Positions 1 to 13,394 of a stretch of DNA of 64,000 nucleotides are shown in pieces; positions within the stretch are counted from its first letter, which is position 1, and the number at the start of each line of letters is the position of its first letter. The notes under the pieces are model-generated. The model worked only from the letters and a program-made list of their open reading frames with translations, did not search any database and was not told the origin of the DNA. A program made the translations under genes and the position numbers. The stretch is from Octopus sinensis (taxonomy: Eukaryota): positions 5,766,001 to 5,830,000 of the forward strand of contig NC_043001.1 of the NCBI RefSeq assembly GCF_006345805.1, read 5' to 3'.

Positions 1-2218
1 AAACATGAAACACAAACACTTCATGTCCATAATACAAGCCATATGTGACAAATATGTCCCAATGTGCAGGGCCAGCACACACAAGAATAAAAACAGGATC
101 CCTAGAGAAAGGAGGATTCTTATGAGACGACGGACAAGGATTGCAAACCGCCTGAGCAAGCACACCAAAAGTGGTGAGAAGTCTCGGCTCGAAAGAATGC
201 TAATGGAAACTGAGAAAGTCTACATCAGTCCCATGAAAAGGAGAGAGCAGATAAAGAAGCTTGGGTAATAGAAAATATAAAATCAAACCCTAAAGCTTTC
301 TTTAAGTTTGTCAAAGAGACAGCCACAGTGCACCAGAGAATAGGACCTCTCTTCCAAAAAGATGGCTCTCTCACAGGAAATCCCACGAGGATAAGTGAAA
401 TACTGAACGAACAGTTCCAAAGTGTGTTCACTACACCTCTAGGACACAGGCAAGTAAACAACCCAGAAGAATTCTTTGCCACTTTACCAGCGGCCAAAGA
501 GACAAAAATTGAGTACATCAACATCGAAGAAGATGATATCACACTAGCCATTGATGAGATTGACACAAACTCAGCTGCTGGACCTGATGGATTCCCAGCG
601 ATCCTTCTCAAATCGTGCAAACGAGCCCTTGCAAAACCGCTACAGCTTCTTTTTCAGAGCTTTCTTGCAAGTGGTAAGCTCCCAGTCAAACTGAAAGAGG
701 GGGTAATATGCCCTATCCATAAGGGAGGTAGCAGAGCAGATGCTAAAAATTATAGGCCTATCTCTCTGACCTCACACATCAGCAAAGTCATGGAACGAAT
801 AGTCCGTAAGAAACTAATCATGTTCCTTGAAGAAAATGACTTACTGTCTGACACCCAGCATGGATTTCGACCAGGTAGAGGCTGCCTAACACAGCTCCTG
901 CAGCACTATGACTGGGTGTTGAAACAGCTACTAAATGGCTCAAATGTGGATGTAATATATCTTGACTTTGCAAAAGCCTTTGATAAAGTCGACCATGGTA
1001 TGATCTGTCATAAACTGCGTGGTCTCGGCATAGGCGGGAAACTTGGAGAGTGGCTGCACAACTTCCTAAAAGACAGAAAACAGGCAGTTGTGAGCAATGG
1101 AGCCACCTCCAGGGAAACGCAAATAACAAGCGGTGTCCCACAGGGCACTGTCTTGGGGCCACTGATGTTCATAGTGGCCCTTTCAGACATGCCTTCAGTT
1201 GCTACGATGACCACCCTTGCTAGCTATGCAGATGACACAAAGGTCTCCCACGCAATACAGAACCCTGAAAATATTGCGCATCTGCAACATGAGCTGGACA
1301 CAATATACAGGTGGGCTGAGGACAACAACATGCAGTTTAATGCAGGTAAGTTCCAGGCCCTGCGCTACTGGCACACAAAGGTAAATGACGTGAAGACTGG
1401 ATACACTGGCCCAGGAAGAATTGCAATCCCTGAGTCAAAATCAGTGCGTGACCTGGGCATTGACATGAGCAATGATGCATCTTTCCAAATGCATATTGCT
1501 AATCTGGTGATAAAATGCAGACGGCTAGCTGGATGGATTCTCCGAACTTTCAGAACAAGAGAGAAGGAGACACTGATGGTCCTATGGAAAACATTTGTCC
1601 TCAGCCGCTTGGACTACTGCTCCCAACTTTGGTCACCACACAATATAAAACAAACAGCAGAACTCGAAGCAACTCAGAGAAGCTACACAAAGAAAATCGT
1701 CTCAATGCAAAATGTCAGCTACTGGGAAAGACTGAAGGTATTAAACCTCTTCTCCCTGGAGCGGAGGCGGGAGAGATATGCAGTAATATACATCTGGAAA
1801 ATCCTGGAGGGTCTTATCCCAAACTTTGGCATTCAAAGTTACTCCAACCGCAGAACGGGGCGCCGCTGCGTGGTGCCAAGGATTCCAACATCACCATCAA
1901 AATACAGGTCCAGATACTGCAACAGCTTGGTTTCAGAGGACCACAGCTTTTCAACATCCTCCCTAAATGCCTGAGAGACTTACATGGTGTGGATGTGGGT
2001 TTCTTTAAAACTAAACTGGATCTCTTCTTGTTGGAAGTCCCAGATGAACCTACCTCACGACAGGAGACGCGGATGCGGGCAGCAGCATCGAACTCCCTTG
2101 TTGATCAAGTGCCACGTATCAGAGGTGGATTCACAAACTAGTGTGGCTCATTCAGCGGTGGTGCCCCAGCATGGCCGCGGCCTTCGGGCTAAAACATTTT
2201 TAAGGATTTTAAGGATTT
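1..2218 (+). mobile_element. CR1-group non-LTR retrotransposon (LINE), ORF2 3' part with 3'UTR and tail; runs off the window start
   Basis: RT ORF 328-1974 has NYRPISLTS, QHGFRPGR, YLDFAKAFD, GVPQGTVLGP, YADD and C-terminal LDYCSQLWSP / SLERRRER. The 3' end has a hairpin GCC-TTCG-GGC, then AAAAC and a short tandem tail (TTTTAAGGA)2, then (TA)n. Confidence 0.95.
5..2141 (+). pseudogene. LINE ORF2 reverse transcriptase, interrupted by two single-base frameshifts (~218 and ~1929)
   Basis: ORFs 5-268, 328-1974 and the tail of 1515-2141 join into one protein (…ETEK/LHQSHEKERADKEAWVIENIKSNPKAFF… and …NSL/GFRGPQLFNILPKCLRDL…) if one base is added in an A-run and one in a G-run. Confidence 0.9.
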
Positions 2219-2257
2219 ATATATATATATATATATGTATGTATATATAAATGTATG

Positions 2258-2330
<73 letters not shown>

Positions 2331-3879
2331 TGTGTGTGTATGTGTGTGTATTTATACGTACATACATACAGCTAGATATCTCACTCTCTCTTTCTGATTT
2401 ACGCAATGACTGTACCTATTTCGCATGCTGCTACGTCTCCCCTTCTCTTAATACTTTCCTCCGTCGAATCCCCTCCCCACGCACATCACTCCGACTCTAT
2501 CCTCTACTTTCTCCACATCCACTCATTACAAACTCAATGATTAATGGTTCCTAACCTAAAATCAAGAACACTGTAATCATATAACACCTGTTCCTGGAAA
2601 TGTTTTAATGAAATATTGGAAAATGTGTTGTTTTCTTTTCGTTTTGCTCGTTTATATTTATTTTAAAATCTGTAATTTCTTTTTTCTTCTTTTGTATCCA
2701 TTCTCCTATTATCTTAATGAGTTGGTAACAAAGAAGTCGTGTATGACGCTGTTTATTAAATACCCTTTAGGCAAAAGCTAATACATCTTCTTGGATTTCC
2801 TTATATGTAATAGAGCTAAACGCTGAAAAATTAATGATATAAACTGCACTTCCAACTTATGAAAATAATATAGAGAAGAAGAAAAACCAAACAAGCCAAT
2901 GAGTTGAAAAACTATAATCTAGCGAAAATCATTTGGTATCCGACTATTGAATTAACCTCAAGGATTAACGTTGTGATATGAAATACAACTATATCAATAA
3001 TAACAACGACATCAACAATTATACAAAGACAGTAACAGCTGCGTAGGAACAAAACGATGACGATAGAAACTATTTTTTTTATTGGTTTATGTTTTTAGTA
3101 ACTGATATTGAATTGTTATTAAATAAAGAAAAGTTTATTGTTTTAGTTATTGCGTTTTTATTATTTTATTCTTTCTATTTTGTATTTACAGCACCGGCTC
3201 GAGTAGTCTCTGTAGTGTTTTTTGGTTTTCTCTTATCAAGAGACTTGTTTATTATTAATATTTGTTAGTAATTTGGGGTTTCCTCCTTTAAGCAAAATCT
3301 TGGTCCGCTGCGTCGTTCATATTTTTCGACTATTTGGATGGAACAAATTTATAAAACAAATTTATTAAAAAAATCCATTTTTTATTTCGGAAACAATATA
3401 TTCAAAAGAGGAAGATGAGTTTACCAGCCAGCAAACTGGAGGTAAATTCGTTGCTGATTTAGAAAAGCGAAGGTAACATACATCTCAGACAATCCTCCTT
3501 AGTCTTTGATCAATGAATGATTATTGTCTCTCCCTAGTTTTAAAGAATTCTCTACCATTAACGTGATGAGATTGACAGGTGCCACAACGACAGCATCGAC
3601 GAGTACAACAACTACAAAAGCTACAAACTGCCCCAACCTAAAAACAAAAAAAAATAGAACATCAATAAGCCGTCAAATTCCACAACAGTATGGCGCGGTG
3701 GCCACACGAAATAAACGCATCAAAACGACCAGCATCTGTCATAATAATAACAAAGTTGCCAGATCAAGGGTACTACAGTTACCACTACATCCGCTACCAC
3801 TATCGTAATTGCTATAATAGTTTGCAGTGGCAGAAACTACACGAAGAGATTGAAGAAAAGTTAGCATTTTCCTCATCCC

Positions 3880-4520
3880 CGCTAGAGCTTATGCTGTTAA
3901 TAGTGTACAAAACAACCACTGCTACCAATTTGAACAAACAGAGCGGTAGTCTTACCAACAATGTAAGGACGAACTCTTTCACAAATCCGACAGGTAATAT
4001 TATCGAAGCTTGAATGGCGAACACACCAATGGCGGAAACAGACTCAATAACGAATGTATTTAACTGTAAACTATCGGTAGAAGTTCGACGAGATTCCAAC
4101 TATGCAGTAAAATGCACGTGAGAGATCTGATTAGATACAGACGACATTAATAGGACCCTAAAATTAGGCGTCTTCTATGAACAATACTTCAACGTCGATC
4201 TTGCAGGGAAACAGTAAGCAATCCCTCGGAGGAGTAAGATATTTGGTCTCTTCCAAATTATCATAGGAAAAGTAGAGTGAGCGTGAATGTCCTTAGGTTC
4301 TATCGGACATAGCTTGAAGGGAAGACACACTCCTAAAGGATTTATTATTTAAGTAAAATATTTGTCTGGAGGTTGACTGACGAGAGAGACAAACGGAGCT
4401 GAGCGACTTCCACAGTAGAAACGGGTAAGAGCAAGAAACCTCTTACATTACGGTTATCCTGTCAAATCTAGACCATATTGGACGATCAGGGCATACGATG
4501 GACACGTGCAAGTAGCAGAA
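3880..4520 (+). pseudogene. Possible highly decayed gag-like / L1-type ORF1 remnant
   Basis: GGACGATCAGGGCATACGATGGACACGTGC (~4480-4509) reads GRSGHTMDTC, the second half of a CCHC zinc knuckle. The rest is broken by stops. Confidence 0.3.
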
Positions 4521-5029
4521 TTTCTTTCGATACAGATCACGGATAGAGAAGACAGATCTCGAAATCCGGCAGCACTTCATGGCAATCCTAAAAATTAATA
4601 TTTTAGATTTCAGCAATTCGAAGAAGACATGGAAAGAATCAGTTACTTTTATCTCAGCAAAGCATATTCAGCAAAAAGCACCGCCACATTTACCGAGTAA
4701 TATAACAGTATAGGGTGATAATTGTAAACTTCCACTGAGCTCAGTGCTACACAGACAATAATGCGTGTTTGACACATTTATTATAAGCTAGGGGTTTACA
4801 TGATGGCCTAATCCTTCAGCGAAAAAACAAAAACAAAAAAAAAACAGCCTTGTCAAATGACTAGCAAAATATTAGAGAAGTCGCAGCCATTTGACAAGTC
4901 CCTCTATCATCAGTGAAGACACATAGACCTCTCTGTACAGAGGGTGTTGACATCATATGCATTGCCCAACCAGTGCAATGTCAGTTTCACACGAAGAGAA
5001 TGAAAGGCAAATAACTGGATTAAGGCAAG

Positions 5030-5200
5030 GCTTATCTGATGTCATACCAGACCACCTCCAGTTTACGGCTCGCCATAAGCAACACTGATCCTACGCTTAA
5101 CGCACAGTCTGCCCTTTATCATGTCCAGTTTCCGTAGTGGATCTTTAAGACAGAGTTTATACTGTTCAGACTTGAATGGGAATATTTGACTGACCTCTTA
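5030..5200 (-). pseudogene. Possible decayed non-LTR RT fragment
   Basis: Minus-strand reading gives EQYK…RSTTE…KLEVVWYDIR*AL, resembling the QxGFR..RST and DxxKAF motifs; frameshifted. Confidence 0.3.
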
Positions 5201-6719
5201 ATATATTTTGAACTTGAGACACAACTTGTGCTTACAAGTGTTTACTGACAGGCAAAACAACGATATCCTATGATATTACATTTGCCTCGACCTCCAAATC
5301 AGAGAACTTTGCACATAGATGCAAGCATAACTCTATTTTCCTGCTGCTCAGGTAAAAACAGAATGGCAGCCATTACGCCAATGTTTGCATTAGATTTGCA
5401 TAGAAAGAGAGAAATATACGACTACCTCCTCAACGTGTGGCTGATCTTTCCTTGCTTATTGAAATATTTCAGCTTGAATCGCCATCAGGTGACGCTTCTG
5501 TTGATGCTGCTGTTCTCGCTGTATCAGATACGCTGATAAGCAATTTGATGACAAAAGAGTTAAACGATAACATTTTTTGTTTCTTAAAAGAAACCAAAAA
5601 GAAAAGCAAACAAAAATCGCTAAGATTTCTGCTTCTGGTTTTCAAAAGTCGTCCAACCTGTGGTTTCGCTTTGTCGTCATTAATGGTATTGTTGCTATTG
5701 TCGCTGTTGCCATTGTTATTATTGCTTTTCTTGATGTTCGTCTTCTTGTTGTTGTTGTCGGTGCTGCTCGAGTTAATCCTGTGGTTGGAAATGTTCGGAT
5801 TAAAGTTACTAAAATCTGTCAAAAAGAAATTATCTCACGACTTGGTTGCTTATGTACTGATGTGCGATTAAATTTGACTCTTCTTTGTGTGTCTATGTGT
5901 GTGTGAGAGAGACTGTGTCTGTGTGTGTGTGTTTGTGTATACATGTGTCTTTATGTCTGTGTATTTGCGTGTATGTATGTGAATGGGAATTTGTGTGTGT
6001 ATTTTGTGTTGAATATCTGTATATGCGTGGATGTGTAGTTCAGAGTGTGTGTGTGTGTGTGTGTGTGCGTATTTTCGATGCCGTGTAACTGAATTGATTT
6101 TTGAGTAGGAAGTGTATTCGTCTTGGCAGCAACGCAGCTTCAGTTGAATGTTAAAATAAAATACGAAGTCGACCAAATATGATACGAATTTCAGTTCCTT
6201 TTGATGGCAAACACTCCAGAATTTTCCAGAATATCCATAGAAGTGGTTATATCATTTCAAACGTCGTCTACCTCTTAACTGAACGATAAGATCTGATCAT
6301 CTAAGCAGTACATTTGTCGACATCAAATGTAATTACATAATGGTCAACTGCAGTAACACATCCACCATCAGACCAGTAGTAGCACCATAGGTTCTGTTTT
6401 AGAAGAATGACCAACAATTTTGAGGGCAAATAGTTTATTTAATATTGAAATGTTACTTCATTTTATCGACTCTGCTTGACTGAAGGCGATTTTAAACAAG
6501 GATTACGGGAATACTATACTCTAGGGTGGAGATCCTGTCAGTGATGATGTCACGCGAAAAAATACTGGTGGTTGTGCAACCAAAAATTCCCATCAGAAAT
6601 GAGAACGGAGTGAATGAGGCCGGAACCTCTATAAGTACATAGATGGGAACGACCTACTACCAGTGGAACACAAAATGGTGTAGACGAGAGAGCAGAGGAA
6701 CGAAAATTATCCTGACTGA

Positions 6720-7330
6720 CTAGAAGACACAAACATTTGGCGATGGCATGCGTGGACAACAGGAAAGCATATGACATGTTTGGCCACAGACTCGTGGATT
6801 ATTAACTGCTTTAAATTGCTTAAGATTTCTCACAATATCCTGAAGTTAATGCTAAACTCAATGACAACGTGGCGAACTGATCTCACAGCATGAGGAGATT
6901 TGCTGGGAGAGGTAAGTATGAAAAGAAGAAGCTTTCAAGTGGGCAGTCTGTGGCCACTCCTATTTGTTGTCTGCATAATGCCACTAACGATCATTTTAAG
7001 AAAGATGCGTGTGGGATACATGCTAGGCAGACTGAAAGCAAAGAGATTGTGATTTATGGATGACCTAAACCTATTCGCTAAGATTGGGAAAGAAATTGAG
7101 AGTTTCAGGGCAAATGTGCAGATGATTACCAAATATATTGGCATGGAATTTGTGATTGAGAAATATGGTGAAATGATTCTCAAAAGGTGGAAAACCAGTA
7201 TAAGGCTGGAAAGTGATGAAGCTGTAAAGGAAGTCGGAGAGGAAAGATATAAGTATCGGGGTATCAGTGAAAGAGATAAGATGAATGAATACAAGATGAA
7301 AGAATGGTAGAGGAAAGATTATTTGAGGAC
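6720..7330 (+). pseudogene. Decayed RT of an R4/Dong-like (RLE-type) non-LTR retrotransposon
   Basis: Across frames: HLAMACVDNRKAYDM, SWIINCF, FQVGSLWPLLFVVCIMPL, FMDDLNLFAK, IGMEFVIEK, YKYRGI. These match the R4-clade DYxKAYD, FQGDSLSPLLF, FMDDLKL, GMEFGLDKC and YKYLG motifs. Confidence 0.75.
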
Positions 7331-7911
7331 ATCTCAGTTTTCCTTGCTTTTCTTTCTTTCGGGGATTTATAAAATAAGTACCGGTTGAGCACTGGAGGAC
7401 GATGTAATCGACTTACCGCTCACTCGCAATTAATGGAAATATATTCTTTCGCCATATTTATTAATAAGCGTATAATTTAGAGTATGCATCTGCACCAACA
7501 TTAATTATTTAAAGCATCTCGTTTTGCATGTCTCGTTTACAATCTTTTGCAGCTGCCCAACGAAGCACGGGTGTAAATTTAGCAGAATGAAAATATCAGC
7601 TTATATAATTCTGAAATACTGAAATAATTCCATCATGATGTAAGTAAATAATTTTTCTTCAAACTTTTTCTACTTTTTTAGTGAGAGGCGACTGATTGAA
7701 TTATTTCTCAAGAGATTGTTGTGGCATAAAAGAGGTTTCTTTCAACAACTTTACAAAGACGACAATTACAAGAAACCACAAAGCGCTCTTTAAACAATAA
7801 TGATTTGTAGAATGCAAAGGATGAGAATTTCGTCACGTGAAATGTGAAAAGTAATCTTGTCAGCTGCAGGCTTGAAAACGCGTGAGTCTAAATCTTGTCT
7901 TAATTATTACT

Positions 7912-8125
7912 CTCTCTCTTTTACTCTTTTACTTGTTTCAGTCATTTGACTGCGGTCATGCTGGGGCACCGCCTTTAGTCGAGCAAATCGACCCCGGGAC
8001 TTATTCTTTGTAAGCCTAGTACTTATTCTATCGGTCTCTATTGCCGAACCGCTAAGTTACGGGGACGTAAATACACCAGCATCGGTTGTCAAGCGATGTT
8101 GGGGGGGACAAACACAGACACACAA

Positions 8126-8208
<83 letters not shown>

Positions 8209-8378
8209 TATATACGACAGGCTTCTTTCAATTTCCGTCTTCCAAATCCACTCACAAGGCTTTGGTCGGCCCGGGGCTATAGTAGAAGACACTTGCCCAA
8301 GATGCCACGCAGTGGGACTGAACCCGGAACCATGAGGTTGGTTAGCAAGCTACTTACCACACAGCCACTTCTGCGCCT
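7912..8378 (-). mobile_element. tRNA-derived SINE (family with internal (TA)n and CR1-like 3' tail)
   Basis: Minus-strand head GGCGCAGAAGTGGCTGTGTGG…GGTTCAGTCCC (A/B-box-like) and tail CCAGCATGACCGCAGTCAAATGACTGAAACAAGTAAAAGAG; homologous to 9745-10113. Confidence 0.9.
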
Positions 8379-9102
8379 ATGAATAAGATTCTATGAGCTT
8401 CGCCAGTTTTAAACTGTAAAAATACAAACGCAATTCAAATATACACACTATAAATGCTATACAAAAGAAATGAAACTAGTTCGATATAATCACATTGGTA
8501 AATTCCGAATGGGAAAATAACCTGTTTTACTTCATTCATTGATGGAAATAAATAATAATATTATACATCTTTGAATGCTTAATTATCTAAGCTTATCATT
8601 CAAAGGTAAAAAATCTTATTCAATTAATACGCTCAGTATAATTATAATTAATTTTGAAGTATTATGCACGTTAATTAACATGAAGTATATAGTAATCCGT
8701 CAAGTATATACTGATGCATAACTATATATTACAGAAATGTTCTTTTACTAAAAGGAAATTGTCAAGCATATAATCGATGCATTATGATGGTGTTATACTA
8801 AGATTGAATAAATGAAGTATTTTAATTAGAAGATGAATTGCAATTTTATAATAAGCTACAGTAAAAACCATGCTAAAATATTGATTATTCTATTTTTCAA
8901 GGATTGGCAATTTAATGCTCTTTTCATTGAAATATACTTCGTTTCAAACGAATATATCATAAATAATAATTTTAATCAATATATGTCATACCGTAAAGTG
9001 AATTCCTAATATATACATGGTAAGCAATCCGCGTAAATGTGAAATACTTTCCTCCGTAGGAACCTAAATTTAACATTAAAATGTAATTAGATGTATATGC
9101 TT

Positions 9103-9233
9103 TTCTATTCTAGGCACAAGACCCGAATTTTTTTTGGGGGAGGCCATTCGATTACATCGACCCCAGTACACAACTGGTAATTAATTCATCGACACCGAAT
9201 GGAAGAAAGCAAAGTCGACCCTGGCGGAAATTG
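9103..9233 (-). mobile_element. 5'-truncated SINE (GCCTTTCATCCTTTCGGGGTCGATAAA-core family, Meta-domain-like)
   Basis: Homology to 9250-9478 and 36724-36951; flanked by AATTAGATGTAT direct repeats. Confidence 0.8.
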
Positions 9234-9249
9234 AATTAGATGTATATCT

Positions 9250-9478
9250 GTTTCTTTATCACCCACAAGGGGCTAAACATACAGGTGGCAAACAAAAGCA
9301 TACAAACGGATTAAGTCGATTACATCGACCCCAGGGCGTAACTGGTACTTAATTTATCGACCCTGAAAGGATGAAAGGCAAAGTCGACCTCGGCGGAATT
9401 TGAACTCAGAACGTAATGGCAGACGAAATATGGCTACTCATTTCGCCCGGAGTGCTAACGGTTCTGCCAGCTCACCGC
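9250..9478 (-). mobile_element. Full-length SINE (same core family)
   Basis: Head GCGGTGAGCTGGCAGAA…GAGTTCAAATTCC and core GCCTTTCATCCTTTCAGGGTCGATAAATTAAGTACCAG; 12-bp TSD AATTAGATGTAT at 9234-9245 and 9486-9497. Confidence 0.9.
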
Positions 9479-9744
9479 ATTTTTTAATTAGATGTATTTC
9501 GACTCAGAAGTAAATTACTAAACGTTTCCTAAGTCGAAATAGTCTTCTTTTTTCGAAAACAGCCACGGTCTAGCCACCACTGGGCCACATGCCTTCATAT
9601 CTGTTTGCTCTAAAATAGTACTAAATACAATGAGATTTATCTTCAGACTTAGATCAAATATGTTTTTTTTTAATTGCTTGTTGAATACCATTTTTTTCAT
9701 GTGAATCCCAGATGCCGTAAATAAAAATTCAAAAATAACCAACA

Positions 9745-10113
9745 AGCGAAAGAATGGTTGTGTGGTAAAATATTTTCTTCCTAACGGCATGGTTTCGGGT
9801 TCAGTCCCACTGCGTGTCACATTCAACAAGTGTCTCCTACTAGAGCCCAGTCCACCAAAGCCTTGTCAATGAATTTGGCGTACGGAAGCTGAAAGAAGCC
9901 GACCGTATGTATATGTGTATGTATTTGTATGTCTGTGTTCGTCCCACCACCATCGCTTGACACCGATGTTGCTGTGTTTACGTCACCGTAACTAAGCGGT
10001 TCGGTAAAAGGGACCTATAGTATAAGTAATAAGTCTTGGGTGTCGACGTGTTCGACTAAAGAAAGTGCTCCAGCATGGCCGCAGTCAAATGACTGAAACA
10101 AGTAAAAGAGTAA
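9745..10113 (+). mobile_element. tRNA-derived SINE with CR1-like tail
   Basis: Homologous to 7912-8378 in the opposite orientation; ends CCAGCATGGCCGCAGTCAAATGACTGAAACAAGTAAAAGAG. Confidence 0.9.
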
Positions 10114-11895
10114 CAGAATTTCAAAATATCTTTTAGTAATCCTAATCTTTAAAAAGTAGGTAGATATGCTGAATTCTATATGATTAGTTTGTCTATTCTT
10201 ACGAGATACATATTTTACAAAGTCGTAAACTAGAATCTCAAATAAGTGAGATTTAACACTAAAAGATATATAAGAGAAACTATGAGACGAGAAAGATCTG
10301 TTTTAGCTTCAAGGGAAGTGAACTAAAGAAACAGAGCTGAAAACAAATTAGTGGAATAGCAGGAATATCTGAAATATGAGATATAATGAACTACTGACTA
10401 TCTATTCAATCACACATACTAAAACACCTCACACGCCATACAACAACAAACTCATATGAATATATTCTATTTCATATATATATATTGTTTCACGAGAAAT
10501 TCACGGTGGATTCTTTGCTTCTTAAGGCATCAGCTCATGTTCCATATGATTTACTTTATATTCGTTACAAGAATTATATTCTTATAGGTGATAATCACCT
10601 TGTGTATATATGCATCTACATAGATGTATGTACACCTACATTGTCTTATATACAGTGCATATACAAACATCTATCCATACACTCACACATACATATTCAT
10701 ATGTATGTGTGTAAGGATGCATTATGTGTATAGGTATATATCATATTCTCTATGCATCATATATTTTCATATATATATATATATTTATTTATTTATTATG
10801 AACTAAAATATATATGCATATGTATTTATGTATATGTAATTATGCATTTACATATAATTATACAATTAGAATGTAGCACAGGAGAACGACAAAAGAACAA
10901 AATGAGAAAAAGAAAAAAATGCACGCAGTAGAAACGGACAGAGTCAACCCTATCGTCTGTCGATATCTTCCACTAATTTAATTCGATTTGGCGGTGAAAC
11001 GAGTACTTATAACTGTAGGCCATCGCAGACGAATATGAACAGAATGAAATCAACAATGTGACAAAAAAGTATGGAAAGCCTACACTTGTCGGTAGATAAG
11101 GACGCGCTCTGAAGCGAAAGATATATGAAATATAGAAGGACGTTAACAAGGACATAATGAACGTTACAGTGAAATTGTATCACACAAGGATTATTTTTCG
11201 ACAATGCGACAAAAATGACGCGTCGTCTGATATAATCCTGATAGAAAAAATGGTGATTCTTTCTGCAATAGGATAATATATACACATTTTACGAAAATAT
11301 ATACACTTACTGCAGTACGAGGAACCAGCGTCACGATTATATTTAAGCTCTTAGACAATTGCGGATCTTGAAAAACTTCTAAGATTCACAGGGCTAAATG
11401 GGGAAAGGATAAATAATTTAAAACGAGATGATCACGTGGTATATTTTCCGGTGAAAGAGGAAGCCTGAAAATGAGAGAGAGAGAGAGATACAGACAGACA
11501 GACAAACAGACAGAGAGGGGGAAGATGAAGAGCCTTACAGATATTAGTGAGAGTTGTAATGGAGGAAACGAACAACGGAATACAGAAGATTGAAAGGTCA
11601 AACGATGGAAGGTAAAAGTAGGCGAGAATCCCAAGGTAGATAGAGAATGGAAAGGTAGATATAATTAGTAAATCAAGAAATAAACCAGGGTCGGTTTGTA
11701 GATATAAGTAGAATGATGAGTAATGTGAAACGTAGATAACATGCAATGAATGGTAGGCACCTGGAAAATGGTATAAGGAAAAACAAATGGGGTGCAGCAG
11801 AAAAATCATTGTACAGGAGAGAGGGTAAGTAGAAAGAGAGAAGTTCCATCAGGAAATGGAAAGGACGTGTGGTTCGAGGAAAAGTTTTCAATAGC

Positions 11896-12197
11896 GGAGG
11901 CACATGGCCTAGTGGTTAGAGCAGCGGACTCGCGGACGACAGATCGCGGGTTCGGATCACAGACCGGCCGATGTGTGTGTTTTTGTGAGCGAAACACCTA
12001 AGCTCCACGCGGCTCCGGCAGAAGGTAATGGCGAAACTTCTGCTGACTATTTCGCCACAACGTTCTCTCACTCTTTCCCCCTGAATCTTGCAGCTCAGCT
12101 GCGACGGACCGGCGTCCCGTCCAGGTGGGGAACCTTTACGCCAATGGAACCGGGAAACCGGATCTTATGAGCCAAGCATGGCTCGAGAAGGAACAAA
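11896..12197 (+). mobile_element. tRNA-derived SINE, body X + tail A
   Basis: A-box TGGCCTAGTGG and B-box-like GGTTCGGATC; body CACCTAAGCTCCACGCGGCTCCGGCAG; homologous to 20802-21110. Confidence 0.9.
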
Positions 12198-12877
12198 CAT
12201 ATTAAAATAATATAAATGTAGCACAAGGAAGGAGGAAAAAACATGAAAAAGGAAAAAAGAACATAAACAATAATTGAGGCGAGTTTCTAACGATTGTGTG
12301 TGTGTTTGTGTGTGTATGCGTACGTGTGTAGATTGTTAAACGTGGTGCACAGATTGTGTATATGAAGGAAATGGAGGTATACATAATTTTTAGATGCTTA
12401 TTTATTTAATGTTTTCATTTCGTTTCAGAGTTTCATCAGGAAAGATAATTTCTACAGAAAATTTACACATTAAATATGTTATTTGAAGAAATGTGGAGTT
12501 GAATTGAAACGTGACTGTGCACTGTTGTTTTGAATCTATATATGTGTTTACATATGTATGTTATTATAGGCGTGTGTTGGTGTGTTTGTGTGTTTAAGTG
12601 TATGGATGGTGAATATTATGAGGCTTCGTTAGAAGAAAAAATTTAAAAGGGAATGAATGCAAGAAAGACGGTGACAAATAAGGACATTAGATTTTACTCC
12701 CAATTTTCGCAAAAGTCGCTATTCCCAAGGTATGCTACATACATCTAACTCTGATTTTTTCCACTTCAACTTGTTTTGGATATGCATCATCCATTTTGAA
12801 ATTGTTCTTCTTTATAAAAGAAACCTGCCCCATTTATATTCTTACTGTATATAATAACTTTTCTTGTGAGTTATATC

Positions 12878-12986
12878 CAGTGACCGACCAGGCTATCAGA
12901 TGTTGCTATACATCGCTGGTCACAAAGCGCTTCGCATTGTTTTAGCCTTCAAACGACGCCACCCCGCTGGCTAAGCGATCAGGCCA
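12878..12986 (-). mobile_element. Short interspersed repeat fragment, probably a retroposon 3' end
   Basis: GC-richer 110-bp island next to (TA)n, recognised only by general resemblance. Confidence 0.35.
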
Positions 12987-13041
12987 ATATATATCTATAT
13001 CTATATCTATATATATATATGAATATATATATATAATATAT

Positions 13042-13083
<42 letters not shown>

Positions 13084-13394
13084 ATATATATATACATATA
13101 TATATACATATATATATATATATGTATGTATATATGTATGTATCTATCTATCTATATATATATATATATAATATATATATATATATATGCATGTGTGTGT
13201 ATGCATGCATGTATGTATGAATATATGAATATATACATCCATATATACACATTGATCTATTCTCAAGCGTTACACCGAACCTGCTTGTGGATTGCAAGGC
13301 GTGCTCTATACCAAAACGCTTCCAATCTTCTCCCTTAACTGGAATGGATTTTTAGCTTACTCCACCCATAAAGTAAAAATAAATAAATAAATGC

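Noticed and set aside
225-1214. Antisense ORFs inside the LINE (also 53145-54485)
   Set aside because: Shadow frames of RT coding sequence.
5437-5906. Overlapping 110-144 aa hydrophobic ORFs
   Set aside because: Produced by degenerate (TTG/GTT)n repeats.
10950-11012. CTGTCGA…GAAACGAGTA hammerhead-like motif
   Set aside because: Stem I cannot be formed convincingly and stem II is imperfect; not counted.
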